DNA of 60,799 nucleotides, the filler included, from Sphacelaria rigidula (lineage: Eukaryota): NCBI GenBank assembly GCA_964200075.2. It is 6 parts of 6 records of this genome, joined end to end, with 100 filler letters (N's around TTAATTAATTAA, not from the genome) between each part and the next. Parts side by side here need not be neighbours in the genome. Positions count along the whole stretch, not along the records: positions 1 to 10,050 come from CAXNAA020007247.1; positions 10,151 to 20,200 come from CAXNAA020007248.1; 4 more parts are not named here. One strand, given 5' to 3'. The position numbers and the translations under genes are program-made. The notes beneath the pieces were generated by a model. That model did not search any database and had not been told where the DNA came from. It saw only the letters and a program-made list of their open reading frames with translations. This document shows, piece by piece, positions 1 to 13,788 of this stretch (position 1 is its first letter; each line of letters opens with the position of its first letter).

Positions 1-1199
1 GGCTTGTTTTACAGCGCCGTTGCCACTCGACGCCAACCCAAGAGTCTATAGGTGGGGGGGGTTGGGGGGGGGGGAGAAGGGGGGCTTAACCTCCTGTTTC
101 TTGATGTTTTTATCTTGTTGACCTTTATTGTTATTCTTTGTTTTTTAAGTCTCAGACAAAGCCGCTCAATGAGCTCTTCCATCTCATGTTAGGAACAGTA
201 GTGACGGTACTGGACAGGCGAGTCTACGTCTGTGACCACGGGTTCGAGAAATTGGGCCAGTGCTCGAAAAAAAGTATGGTCTACGAGATCTACGAGAGTG
301 CGAGTTCTGCGGCTGCTTGAAAAAAACCATTCGTCCGAGTTTGAGTCAAACCGAGCGCACTGAAGATCGGGAACGTGCGCTAGAAGCCTCGCTGGGAGTA
401 CAGCACCGAGTCTCTCTGGAGTTGCACAATCCAATGAACACCGTATTCTGGCGAGACTCGGCACGGAATCGCCAAAAAAAGGCGTCTCCGGAGATATTGC
501 GCATCGTTGCTACAGGAGCGCATGTTGGGAACCTGCATCACGCTTCAAACGACCCTATAGGTGTGGCGAGACCCACGGAGTCGACGCAGACATAGATCTC
601 GACTTGTGAACTTGAACGGCACTATAGTATTATGGTCGTAAGGTGCAACCATTAGATATGATATGACAAGAAATCATTCACAAGTCTGCTGCCGTAGGCT
701 GGAATAGCATGAAAACCGCAAAATGGAGAACACGCTGGATCAAAAGCATTGACGTTCAACCCTCCACCCACCCACCCACCCACCCACCCTCCAGGACACT
801 CGTTCCCTTTGGACGGTAAAGCAGGATCCCCAATCTTCAATTTCGACTGGGCAGCACTGCGTGCCGACTACGATTATTTCGTACAGATGGAACGCAACAA
901 CCGTGTACGGCAGCTTGTGCAGTCCCAGGTATTTTTGCATTGTTGTTGGCGATACTGTATGCAGAGAGTACAAGGAAACACTCCTGTGCTGCCTGTGTTG
1001 GACTTTACCCGCTTCTTCATATCGTACTGTACGAAACACCCACTGAGACACACTGTATGCGGGAAGACAGGCAATATCGTATGCTCTATACTGATTACAA
1101 GCGATCAAGTATCGCTTCACGAATTCCACTTTTTTTCTTCGATCGAAAGCTTGCATATTCGCTCGAACCCAAACCGCAAAACGAATGAAATGGATAAAC

Positions 1200-1585
1200 G
1201 CCGTGTCTTGGGTCATGTCTTATAACAGCATATCATTGTTCCATAAAAATAAGTGCGGTGGGAGACAAAACTTCCGATCTGATAGGTCGTGATTTCAACT
1301 ATTGTGGTTTATTTTGAGTATGGTTTATTCACGACTCATCGGATTGGAGTGTTCCTCTTCCACCGGACATTTTCGATCGAAAAATACTGTGCCAAGAAAC
1401 GCCTTTGGCAAATCATTTTTCGATCTTAGTGCGATGGAGACGAACATTCCGATCTGATAGATCGGGAATCAACCATCTTGAAAATAAACTACGGCAGTCA
1501 AAATCACGGCCTTATCAGATCTGAATGTTGGTTTTCCAACGTACTTTTCCGCTAGAACAATGATTATACCAAGAGACTGCTCAAC
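1200..1585. mobile_element. Degenerate TIR element (MITE)
   Basis: Left atcattgttc..aagtgcggtgggagacaaaacttccgatctgataggtcgtgattt is the inverted counterpart of right aaatcacggccttatcagatctgaatgttggttttccaacgtactt..gaacaatgat. The outer ends (ccgtgtcttgg / ccaagagactg) resemble the 40790 element. Confidence 0.55.
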
Positions 1586-1649
1586 ACTTGCCCCAAATCG
1601 CCAGTTCATTCCCATACGAAACGTTTGTTCCCATTTTCAGAATCCCCTG

Positions 1650-2040
1650 TCACTACATGAAGCGCATATTCCCGCGCGGCATTCATGCGGTACACCGCCG
1701 AACGTACACTATTTCTACATGTGAGTCATATAACACGGATCATATGTACACGTTCCTCGCCTGTAAATCATGCAGCATTGATCAAAGGTACATACATGCC
1801 TGCCATACCTGCTATTCATATGTCATGAATCATGGTACATGTCTTCCACGTTTCCCTCATGCGGCATGATCGCAAACACATGTTTCTCACCGTTCACTGA
1901 TGCGACACGAGTTATACTTACATGTTTCGCACCTGCCATTCGTGCGGTATAAATCCATTGTATTGTGTTTCCTACTCATCTTTCATACGACATGAGTCCA
2001 ATGAACAATGTCCCGCCTATCACTCGACCCATTCATGCAA
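1650..2040. repeat. Decayed ~42-bp tandem repeat (about 8-9 units)
   Basis: A unit of roughly ACATGTTTCNCACCTGCCATTCATGCGGCATGANTC recurs at ~41-45 bp spacing. Confidence 0.6.
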
Positions 2041-2751
2041 GTTTTGAAACCAATTCATGAGACGCAACTCTTGGGTACATATCCCGAGCCCATCATTCGT
2101 GAAGCGCGACTCTTCGGCTCTTGTTCCGCAACAGCAATTCGTGTATAGTGCCTAGTACGTACAGTACTGTACAAAACGTGGCCTAGATCGAATTCGCCAC
2201 CTACTGCTGATGCATTCGTAAAGCAGCCCTGTGTTGTGTTCAACTCACAAGGTTCGCGTAGAAGTAGATTCAGGGCAAAGCCGTGAGAGCATTCCTCCTA
2301 AATTCCCGTTGCACGTGAGATCACCGTCGACATGAACACGGGCTATTGCAGCCTCACAACAGCTACACGACCACCTCAGCAAAAACGACAGCAAAATAAT
2401 AAATCGGATAGAGACAGGACACAAAGAGTAACGTGGCCGCGAACGAAAACTAAACCTGCACCAGCCAGACGTAGACCCCAATTGAAATAACGATGCAGAG
2501 TAATTACCCCGACAACCTCTCTCCTAGGGCTCCAGACCACCTCGACACCCCAGCAAACTCAGCTCCCCCTTACCCCCGGCCCCGCCCCGGCCGCGACCCC
2601 GAGTCACATCCGCAAAATATAGGGAAACGAGCTCTTTTTCTCTCTCAACAGCATGAACTTCAAGTCGGCCAGCCACAGACGTCTTCTGACTCAATCGAAG
2701 GTAGGTTTATTGGACAAATAAAATACTAGTTCGATTCACCGAAATTCCACA

Positions 2752-5591
2752 TCATACGTCGCGCCACGCAGACACCCACCAATCGTTTGCAGCGAATACA
2801 CCATACACTGTGGGATCTAACGGCTTCACCGCAGACTCTGCGAACTCAGAAAATACCACCTCCTCAGCGCGCGCCAACAGCCGCGCGTACACCTGTTGTT
2901 TTTTTTCGTTTCACCCCGAGAAGGGTTTGCGAAAAAGTCACGACGGCCAAAGAGTGTAGGTAAGATAACATCAATACTCGAAGGAAGACTTTGACCTCAT
3001 CTTCGACACATGACAGGTCAAATTCAATTATGTCACCGTCCTCGACCATAATAGGGCCTAAGTTGCCGGGTCGGTAAGCCACCAGTTTCATCTTTGTCCA
3101 TCCGGTGGTACGGAGAATCGTACACTTATGCTGTAACTGGTGATGCCTTTGCTCAAATCACCCGAAATCCCGATGTAGTTCGTTTTAAACCTACTTTATG
3201 TTATCAAAGGTGTCCATATATCTGGCGCGGGCTCTGTAAAAGGGTGATGTAGTCCACGTTTCGCTCAAGGGTACAGGGGTGACTCAGGGCGAACAAATAT
3301 CTCGATCAATCAGCGGCCTTCAAACTGATCGAGAAGTGGAAATACGACTTCGCCACATGTTCTTTACAGATTCGAACGCTGCCATCAGAGGCATTCCCGA
3401 AAGCCTGAACATTCCAAGCGATGGAGTTGAGGGATATCTCGAATCAAGCGCAGGTCGACTGTCAAACTACACGGATTTTCAGGTTTTGCCGGCCTTGCCA
3501 CCGTGGGCGGAAGCACTGGGACTTCCTCAAGACTCTGACCAGTCCCGTGGAGGATGACGATGTCGTACATGACGGAGATCCTAGCAGGATACTCGGGGCC
3601 CCACCGCAATTCATGCCCCATATTTTCTCTTGCGGTTCTTGAGATTGCAACAACTTTAATACGCTATTATTGTCATCCTGTCGAAAACTGGCGGAATCTC
3701 AAAGTCTCGGTTGGACAGGGGGCGCGAGAAGAATTGAAAAACAGGGCGAAGAAGTTTCTTGCGATTCATGTAGCGTTTGCACCACATGGCGGGCGAGGCC
3801 GGGAGGCCAGGTGAGGGGGGTACTGTACCTCTGGGTGTTCAGCGATAACGTTGGTCGTTTCCCGTGGGTCGTCTTCAAGGTTAAAAAGCCAGTCGAGGTG
3901 ATGCGGAAGGGGACTGACCTCGCACCGTGATCCGCACGTCGAGCACGGCATACTATAACCCGCGCATATCGCATGATTGTTCACGAGTGGATCCTGAGGA
4001 ACGGTGTGATGGACAAGGGTGGGGATCGCGGAAGGCAATGTATTTAGTGCAACATCATAGGTCAGACACACTCCTACAAGGAATCGTGTACAACGCTGCC
4101 GCCGTGCCCCGGTGATGTAATTGGCACAAGTGAAGCCCTCAGGTCTGAAAAATTGCGGGTCAGATTCCCAGAACACGCATTATTCTTGATTCATGTAAAT
4201 CAGAATGCCTGATTGTCGTCGTTGATCATTAGATAGACTTGGGTAGTAGCAGAACCGCGTCCCTCTGACAGGAGTTCACGCGGTACGGGCGAGCTAATCC
4301 AGTCCGCGATATCAAATCGCACGGCATGTTTGCAACTATCGGAAGGAAAAGGACCTGATCCCTTGACACCACGGACTCGTCCCGAGCAAACGGGATGGAA
4401 TAAACGTGTGCACAACAAAATGATGTCAAGATCGATCCTCGAAGAGTGGCATATTTCTGGGTGGTTGCCACTAAGCAATCGTCAGTATGTACCCATTTAT
4501 CGGCGACCAAAACCGTATCCTGATAGTGGTATCTCTGACATGCCATGTGCTATACTTCGGCGGGTTCCACTCCCCCTTGTCGCTTCAGTCACCACACTAC
4601 ACACGCACAAAGACACTACAGAAGAAGCGCGGAGAAGTCACAGCCAGTCGGTGGAATCCACGTGACTTGGTCGGCGAATTCCATGCTCTAACAATACTTG
4701 GTTTCAGTGAAGAATATCACACTCATATCTTCCGGGGTCTGACGGTCTCAGGTGACCCTGCAACAGCGCGACGCGTTTTTGCTCAAATCGGCCGAACGGA
4801 CATTCCAACCATACTCCGAGGGCAGTAGCGACCCCCCCTCCTCCCCCGACACAAAATTGTCCATCTGGAAAGGAATGTATAGTCAATGGTCAACCAACAA
4901 AGGCTGCGCCGAAAATTTGCGGGCGTCTGTAGCCGACTCCAGATTGAGACAAGCGATACCTATTCAGGCTCAACTATGTCGGAAATCAGCGAAGATCGTT
5001 TTTTGGGCGAGATGTCTATCGATCGCTTCAAAAGGGTTCATCAACCATCTTGCGTGTAGCACGAGGAGGACGCGTGTCATAATCGAGCGGCAGCTTTCGC
5101 CATGTAACTGTTATTCTGTTGTGTTATTTTACGATTTCAACTCCTGCTGTGTTATTTTACGATTTCGACTCCTGTTCCTTCTTCGGGACGAGTCCGCGGT
5201 TTCAAGAAACTAACCCATCGTTTCCACCCCGGTACATGCCTTGCACGTTGGTATCGCGGGTTGGATAATGACAAAGATCAGCTCTCTCGATAGTGCCCAC
5301 GTCCTCATTTCCCAGCGACAGGAATCAGAGACTGTTCGGGAACAAAAAATCCCGACAATTGCATTTGCGGGGAATCGAAGTCGCTCCTCCCCCCTCCCCT
5401 CCCCGCGCGCTCTAGTTGGTGATAGTTGTACCAGGTAACCCGAAAAAACGGTGCCCTCATATTTTGTGAAAAATCCCGAACACACCTGTAGGCGAGTGTC
5501 GAACGAGTGATAGCCGGTGCACCATGAGTGACGAATGAGTTTCCACTTGCCCTGCCGGAAAGCTCCTTGAGCTACCGAGTCGTTTCTCGTT
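2752..5591 (-). CDS. S1-family (arylsulfatase B-like) sulfatase, last three coding exons; 5' part not found in contig
   Basis: Hand-spliced, phase-compatible GT-AG exons: 5591-5486 (TRNDSVAQGAFRQGKWKLIRHSWCTGY; matches the A-x-R-x-G-x-WKLI motif), 3993-3829 (..DWLFNLEDDPRETTNVIAEHPE; matches LFNLxxDPxExxN) and 2892-2752 (VYARLLARAEEV..DWWVSAWRDV*). The catalytic CxPxR motif is not seen. Confidence 0.85.
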
Positions 5592-7073
5592 CTGGAAGAT
5601 GACCGACACGAGCAACCAAGCAACCAGCCATGAGTCAGTCACACAGGAGCAAAGAGAGACAGCGAAGCGAAATGACCAAAGGGTCAAACATCGTGGATAG
5701 AACATACCAACAAGAAAATCACAAGTTTAAAAAAGAAAAAAAAAATTAAAGGTAAATCACACATGTTCTTCATGAAGAAGTACTTTTACAGAAAGACAAA
5801 ACGCCCCACCTGGCCTTCTGGCGGTCATGCACCACCTGGACCACGGTCTTCCTCTAAAACTGGTGGAACGATCAAACGCCCGATTCTCGCAACAATTGGC
5901 CTAATGCGCCTGAACGGTTACGTACAGTGTTGTGCCTGAAGAAAAATAAAAAAGACGAAACGCGGATCCCCCCGCACACAAGTCACTATGCAGAGTATCA
6001 GGCGAAATAACCCGCAAGTTAGACACAGTTATGCCCGTGAATGAAGACCTTACCGACCAAACCTCCGTAGTCAACAAAAGCGAATTGAACGCGGAGGGAT
6101 ATGAAGACGTCTTGAAGCCGTCATTGACTAGTCGGACCTGTGTCGAACCTCTACCGAACAGAACACGCGCTCCATCCCAAGTCATCTAGGTTTCGTATGC
6201 GACAGCTGTAGTTTTGTCATCGCATATTTCTCGAGACAGCAAGCAAACCGGTCTGTGGCACTTCACAGCCCCCCGCACACACACTAGATCTGTTCAGTGT
6301 GGCGGCGGACTTGCTCAATTCGCCACAGCGGATACGAAAAGCCCCAGGACGTTGAAGGAAACGCGTTTCGTCGTACATTTTGGCTGTTTGCAAAGTGCTG
6401 CGGCCTCCGCGGCATGCGTTACCGAAATCCGCGACCACACTGAATTGTTCTGGTGTGTAGGAGGTGCACGCATCAAACCGCAGTCCAACCCTCTGCTTCG
6501 TTGCCGAAACAATTGTGTTGAAAGATGGGCACAACAAACATACTGCAACAAGAGGGGCACCTCAACAACACGAGCAGCAGCTTCTATCCTCCTGTTGTTG
6601 TGACCCTGTGTACAGGTGTACATCAACGTCAGTCACAGGTTCGCTGTAAATGTATACTAAAGTCATACTACATTTTGTATGAGCGTGGTCGTCATTTCGA
6701 GTGACGCGTGTACTTGCGATTGATACTGATTGGCTAATTTAGGTTCCATTTCTTCTGCGTTCCACTGACTGTGTAGTTGTTCGGTCCATTTTCCCAATAT
6801 ATATATATAGTGCCAAAAATCGGGTCCCATTCACGGGCATAACAGTTCATACGAACGGCGCGCCAGCGATGAAGGTGCACCGTTCTGACAGATGGCACCT
6901 CTCGAAAACTGTCCTCAAGGTGGGATCCTGCTTGCTTATTCACCGCTGCAAAAGTAACGGTTTCTCGCGCTCGCTAATGTGAGTAGTGTTGCTCTATGTC
7001 GGTTCCTCGCGGCCACAAAGGTTGACAAATATCTAGACTATGCTTGACGTCATGGGTTCAGTTCTGCATTCAG

Positions 7074-7870
7074 TAGTGTTGGGTATCGAACCTTAGCACT
7101 TCGATACGATACCGACTTTTTCAGCGTTCGACAACGATAAATTTCGATAAATTTCGGCAAAGCTTAAATTCGGAGAGCCCATCGAGCAGACTCGCTGCGC
7201 GAGCCCCAGGTGGCCCCCCCCGGCTCGTAAGGGGGCCCCGCGGGAGGCGCCGCCGGAGGCAAGAAAATTTGGATATATGGCTTTATTTCCCGTAGAATTC
7301 GGCCTAGTCCAGGTCTCCCAGAGTAGGGGAAAACGTGTCCAGATTCTACACAACCCGATCATCACACCGCACCCGCAGTATGCTAAACAATGCCTTGTTG
7401 GTCCACAACACACCAACACTAGGCAAGGTCTCTGTCTATTCTGCCCGCCCCTCCTCGTGCACCCGCACCTACACACATGCGCTTCGATGGTCTTTGTGCT
7501 TTGCCTTATCCTCCGTTCTACTGTGAAGAATGAGTCATGCGTCACAAGTAACAAATCATGCTACACGTTAAGAAAAGACACGAACAGCAGCAGTGGCACA
7601 AGCCAGATCGCCATAGGAAGCAAGCTAGTAGGAAAGCATTGCGCTCTGCGCTTTGTGCTCTGTGCTCCTGCTTCCTGTCACATTAGCTCGATATCTCCAA
7701 CCCGTGGTCAGTAAGCGTGCGTCATCTCACCACATTCTCGTATCGTATCGTATCATATCGTATCGAGCTTATCATAGTCGTTATCGTTTCATCGAAATAT
7801 TTTCGATACGATAACGGTAAGTTCGATACGATACGATATATCGAAACTTTCGATACGGCATCCAACACTA
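7074..7870. mobile_element. Non-autonomous hAT-like DNA transposon
   Basis: TIRs TAGTGTTGG / CCAACACTA, imperfect 8-bp TSD GCATTCAG / GCATTTTG, and dense subterminal TATCGA/CGATA repeats at both ends. Confidence 0.75.
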
Positions 7871-10050
7871 GCATTTTGGCGTTCGCTGCCCTTGTGGCTG
7901 CGGCTGCGGTTGGTGGTTTCATGGACGAAATCGCCGAAGAGGTGAATATGTGACAGTGAGCAGATGACGGTACGGTGTCTCCGTTCGTGGGATATGCTGC
8001 GTCAACCGCCCGTGCTGCACCTTGCAATCGCTCGCTACTGTCATTTCCCGTTTTTAGATAGGATACTTGCCTGTGCAAATCTCCACCGTGGCTCCACACT
8101 CAGCTGTGAAACTTGGCACAAGAGTCTGACGCTACACGGACAGCATGTGCACCAATCGGCGGCACGTGCGGGAGTGCGGGCGGAAATAAATGGCACCGTG
8201 ATGTACAATTCTGTGAGAAGCCATCGAAACGCCTTCAAACAATGCACTCTGGGCAGGCCAAACTTCAATCACCATAAAGTGGATTGCATATCCGAACAGG
8301 CTGCTGCAACATATTCCGCATTATATGAATGCAGGGCGGCTACTACGCTGGCAAACAACATCGATCTGTACTGGGATATCCTCTAGATTATGACCATGCA
8401 CAAATTTCATCCACGTCTCCCTATAGAGCTGCTCATTTTGCTCGGTACCACCGTACGCGAACTATCGACGCTGCCGAGGCATGGAGGCTTCGTCCACATG
8501 TCACAGTCGACAAACTCATCCCCATAAATGTGGAGCTACGCATTGCGGCAGCGTGCAACAGTGGAAGAAGGGGTCAGATTTGTTGAAAAAATGATCTGTT
8601 TTTCAGATTCGACACTGGCTGACAGTACGCCCCGAGAAGCGCGTATTTTTGACAGATATTGGTTCCCTGAGTGTTATGAATTTCGAAGAAAATTATCGTA
8701 ACAAAGGAAATGCGGTCAATTCAGCTGGTGGATGAATGAAGCTGTAGTACAGTTCTTGCGACCTCGACTGGGTTGACACACATTTACTGTACGCACGAGC
8801 GGAGGCACGTGGGTTTTATCGAGAGATTTGTCCCCATTTGTTTTTCGAACACCTCAACAAAAGACATTCTCCACATGAAATATGGAGAAACGAAGGAATT
8901 AAGTCATTAATGAACGAATGCGTGAGACAGCGAATGAAAACATGAAAACACGACTGGGTACCATTTCAATGGACCACTGAAGTGAGAAAGAGAAGCAAAC
9001 CACCCGGGCAGAGGGAGGGATCGACATATTCAAAACTCTCTCAACATTTTGTGATCTCAACCAACAACAACGTTTTGATGATATTGAGAGTAGAGCGCTA
9101 GTTGAGAATGGCTTTGATCATTCGCTTTGACTCAGCCAATTTTTTAAACCGCGTGTGCTTTTCTTTGCCTCCATCACTGGGGTGTGCTCACAGCTACATG
9201 TCGATATCCTACCTGGGGATATCAGGGGCCTCAGTGGCAAGGCACTACATAAATCATATCGGGCCTCCTGGAGGGGCATTTCGGAACTAAAACGATTCAT
9301 TCACTAACTGACCGCTTTTCACTCTCAATCGTATCCTCTACTCTCAATCTCACGCAACCAGTGTTGAACGTAGTTATTCTCCTGCGGTTGACGAAAAGCG
9401 AAAATTAGAAATGAAAAAACGTCTAGCCCTTCAAATGTGCAGTAGTAGTGGCGTTGTTTCGAGTGCGCTTCACTCTAAATCAAGGCGAACGCCCCGCAAC
9501 ATGATTGCGCTCCTTGCCTGATGACATTCACGATATTTCCAGTAAAGTAAGATCCCGACAGATTGATAATCAGGAAAAAAGTAGGTTGCAGAAATATGCA
9601 GAAATATGTAGTTATTTTCCAAATGAGTATCATCATCAGCGAACTCCCCGCGGCGGACTCCACAATACTGACGCCAACTGGCACATTTCAAGCAGGTCAT
9701 GCGAACACAAGACAGCGAAAGAGACGGGAGATTTTTCATAATATTACTAAACAACATATTCGTGAGATTCAGAGGGTAATATCGGATTCAGAGCGGATGC
9801 TTTACCGTTCCTTACAGGCAACTTCTTTTTTTTGCTCGAGCACACGTCCTGTGCATGCAGCTACCGTACAGTACCCCATTCGAGGAATTCGGCGGTCTGG
9901 TTGGTGAGATACCGCACAAAGCATTTCTGCGCCTGGGGGGGCATTTCGGAACTGAAATTGTTTCAGGCACTAATCGGTTTTTCCTGAAAGAGGGGATATT
10001 TTGCTGCAATGGACTGACTACGTTGTTGCGATCAAGTGATGTGTCAAATT

Positions 10051-10150
10051 NNNNNNNNNNNNNNNNNNNNNNNNNNNNNNNNNNNNNNNNNNNNTTAATT
10101 AATTAANNNNNNNNNNNNNNNNNNNNNNNNNNNNNNNNNNNNNNNNNNNN
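10051..10150. other. Artificial contig linker N44-TTAATTAATTAA-N44
   Basis: The 12-mer gives stops in all six frames and sits inside Ns; the identical block recurs every 10,150 bp. Confidence 0.98.
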
Positions 10151-11653
10151 GTCTGATGACTATGGCAAGCATGATCATGAGTACACCCCCCCCTTCTCTT
10201 CCATTTTTTCCTCTGTTATTCATCCCCGACCATACTATTTTTTTGTTTTTTCACCAGTGGTGTAGCAGTATTTAGGCTCTCCCCATTCCTCATGGGAGAG
10301 AATTTATGCCCCAAAAGCGTGCTTCCAAAACAGCTGAGTCGGAACCTACGTCGCGGCCTTCCCCCCACCCAGCTGTTACGACTGATCTTGCACGATTCCC
10401 TTACTGTACCTCAAGCCATACGACCGGGGCCAGCCTAAAAACGGATTTAAGCTCTCACAGCCGAATGTCATCGACAAGGACGGATTGGGCCGACATCCGC
10501 ACACCTCATTTATTGCGTGATCGAAGGGCAAATGTCCATCTGCTCTACAATCTGGACAGTTTTTTTCCTCTTTGATTGACCGCCATGTAAATAATTTCTG
10601 TACCGTGCGAAGATATCTCTATATTGAAGTCTATACCAAAACCCCGGAAAATACGGTTGTCAAACTTCAAACTTGTTATTCACTCAATCAAGATTTTTTT
10701 ACCCACGATTTTTCACCTTCCACCGGAGAGTTTGAGAGTTGGTGGGCGTTGGAAAATGAATGAGGTCGTGCTCGGGACACACTTCCCAATTTCGTGTGGT
10801 CCAAACGATACGGAGTCAAACCCCTTTTATTCAGGGCGTGTTGGTGACCGCATGTAGCCCAAAATCACGGTTTTTCGGCTGCAGCGCAATGAATATCGAG
10901 AAAATAGGGGAAAAAACTGTAGTCATGGGATTGTTTACCATAACGATCCGGATCCGTTCGATCGAGCAAAAATATTGAAGAGCAAGAACCGTGGGCTGTA
11001 CACTCGTATGACCCTTAAAGGTCCGTGAGCCCCTACATCGTTCAAAATTGATTTTCCTCGCAACTTGTGTGATACCCTCACCTCCACCTAATTCGTTATC
11101 TATCTAGAGACAGGGCGCAAATAATATTCAATATTGAACGTAATATGTTATGAGCAGAGGTACGTAACGCACTAAATTTAGATTCGGCGTCTCATTTCGA
11201 GAGTTGTGCTTAGAAATTTGGTATGGAGTATCGCACGGGCACCCTAACAGCGAAAATGCCGAGGCCTTGGGACTTTGTATTCAGGGAGTAATGACGTTTT
11301 TGTGAAAAGTAGATATTGTTTTCGGTCCTCTCCTCAGTTTTCAAGTCCAACTTCAAGAGCTGCGCTTTGAAAGCAAGTACGGAGAATCACAAGGGCATAC
11401 TGGAAACAGAACAGTCGGGATCACGTTTTTTTTTCCTTCGTGAGTTGAGCACATTCTCGTGAAAAATGGTCTTTACTACACTGAAAAGCCCTTTACACAC
11501 GGAAAAAGCTCAATATCCCGCGGATTTTTTTTTTGTTGTTATAATGCCTTTACGATTCTCCAGACAAAATTTACATTCATACCTCTCAAAGCTGAACTCT
11601 TGAATTGCCTACAACATACGCCTCCGTGTGTAGGCTGACGCAACCTCCAAGAC

Positions 11654-12130
11654 CCCTTCTTACGCTTGTTTTTTGGGGGGGGGAGATTGTTAGGTTTGGC
11701 GACATCTAATCCAGTTTTTGGCCCCCGAACAGAGAGTATCGTCATCACATGTCTTGGATGGTATGCACTACCCCACCAGAAGAATTCTCGCCACTTCTCC
11801 GATTCGCTTGGCTTCGAAGCTTCGAGAATGATGTCCAAACAAAACTCCAGCTGGACATGATAAAATGTGAGCACGATGTGGGAACATCGACAAATCACCA
11901 CAGAAAACTGTACTGTAGACACCGCATTTCCTCATGCTCGATTGGATTCCTCTGAGGCTATTTTCGAAACCTCGGAGCCAGACGAATCGGGAAAATGGGC
12001 TCTCCCGGTGGGGTGATGCAAAGCATCCAAGACATGTGATGGCGATATGCCTTGTTTGCGGGCCAAAAACTGGGTACAATGTCCCAAAGCTGGAAATTCG
12101 CCCCCCAGAAGATCTAACCCGTAGAAAGGG
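11654..12130. mobile_element. Long-TIR MITE with piggyBac-like CCC..GGG ends
   Basis: Inverted arms of ~120 bp (ccagtttttggccc..catcacatgtcttggatg..cacc versus ggtg..catccaagacatgtgatg..gggccaaaaactgg); the right end reads aaggg|TTGA. Same family as 44270-44598. Confidence 0.7.
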
Positions 12131-12139
12131 TTGAGTGAT

Positions 12140-12408
12140 GGAATTCTCACCTCAACTTTGGCAGTTGCAATGTGAAATTTGGTATGGAGAATATCAAAGG
12201 CACGGTTAAAAGCAATTCCGACGGCCTGAGATTTTGCTTTCATGAGTTCCGGGCGTTTTCGCGAAATTTGGATAAGGTGTTTTGCCCTCAACCCATGAAT
12301 AAACACACAACAATCTCAGGGCATCGAAATTTCTTTTCATTTTTCATGCCCTAGCACTTCCCCATACCAAATTTCAGATCGCAACGCTCAAAATTGAGGT
12401 GAGACTCC
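12140..12408. mobile_element. MITE with ~50-bp TIRs
   Basis: tctcacctcaactttggcagttgcaatgtgaaatttggtatgg pairs with ccataccaaatttcagatcgcaacgctcaaaattgaggtgaga. Confidence 0.7.
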
Positions 12409-13788
12409 ACCTGTAACCTATAGATCCGCATCTAGGCCGACCCAGCTCGTTGGAGCAGGGGCCGGTCATCATGTGTGTGTGTGTGTGTGTTTAGCAGGAC
12501 CGGTACTAGATGCTTCCCTTGTCTCGTTCTTTCTCTTTCCTTTTGTGTGTGTGAACGTGTGTTTTTATTCTTTGTTGTGTGTTTGTTCCGTGTCTCGTTC
12601 TTGACGTCGCTTCTCTCTACACTACTTTCGTTCCCGCCTTCCTCGAGCTTCCTGTCTACACCAATAGCTCAATAGCGACGTTTCCGTTTTTATCTAGCTT
12701 GCGGACGTCAATCTTGTGACCGCGGCTGGATGATGACTACTGTACATGTCTTGCCTGGGTCATGACTGGGGTATCAGAACGTGTGACAACCAGTCAATCG
12801 ATCAAGAGCCAACGAAAAATGTACTGAAGGTCTGAAAGTACCTCCAGCTGAACCAGCAGCAATGAAATAAGCTAGCTCGTTCAGATCATGTTTTGACGGA
12901 TGTAGCGAAAACACGTGGTGAGATCACTGATGTTGACAAAAGAATAGTAAAATGTTGACATTTGGAACAGCATAGTAAATAAAAATAAAGTACACCGTTG
13001 TGAAAGAGGGGATAAAGGCTCAGAGGGTCCTTGCTTACTCTGTCTTTCGTCTTTGATTGAAATGTGTGGTGTACCCCACCGAATGAATGCGAGCACTCTT
13101 GAAGACCGTTTGCGTTGCGGTCGAATTTGTTCTGGCTCCTTTCTTGAAAGCCAAATATGGAAAACAGTTTTATGGACAAGGTTGGAAGATGACTCGAGCC
13201 AAATGAGACATGACTTAGACATTGATCATCATTCGCTAGATATCGACGCTCGAAGCTAGAGTAGGGTAAATTCTGGTTGCTGCAGTCCCATCCTAGAGGC
13301 TCTGATAGTCAAGCACGACTATGGACCCACGGACTCTATTTACACGTGGCTGTGGTGTATGCATGAAGTTGATCATGCGGTACAAGCGCCATCCTTCGAT
13401 TAAATCTCGTGAAAATGTTCGAAGTACACCCAACATTAAAGCTACTGCGACGCGTTTACCTCCCGAAACTATTGCAAAACATTGTACCTTGTTCCAATCA
13501 ACCAAGTGTCAGCAGACAGCTCTTCACGTCAGACGACTATATCTGACCGCGTATTTTTACGGGCGTTGGACTCACTTTCGCTATACATTCGCGCCATCAT
13601 TTCCACCTAGCGCCTCAATTGTGAGCTGTACAACTATCGGTTATAATTAAAATGTTCCGCAGCGAGACCAGTCCGCTACTAACCCTTTCCCAAAACGACG
13701 CGAACAATAAGCAGCGGTTCACAAAAAACGAAGAGCACGAGTGATGATCTCCGGTCGAAGAAATTATAGCAGGTGAAAAAAATGCCAC

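Noticed and set aside
1650..2040. CRISPR array
   Set aside because: Degenerate contiguous units with no identical repeats, no unique spacers and no cas genes, in a eukaryotic context.
10095..10106. Periodic TTAATTAATTAA as a biological motif
   Set aside because: It is always embedded in Ns at a fixed period; it is an assembly linker.
13293..13505. ALMLGVLRTF as the AlkB SLG..R.F motif exon
   Set aside because: No preceding N-x-Y or HxD motif and no convincing in-phase splice sites.
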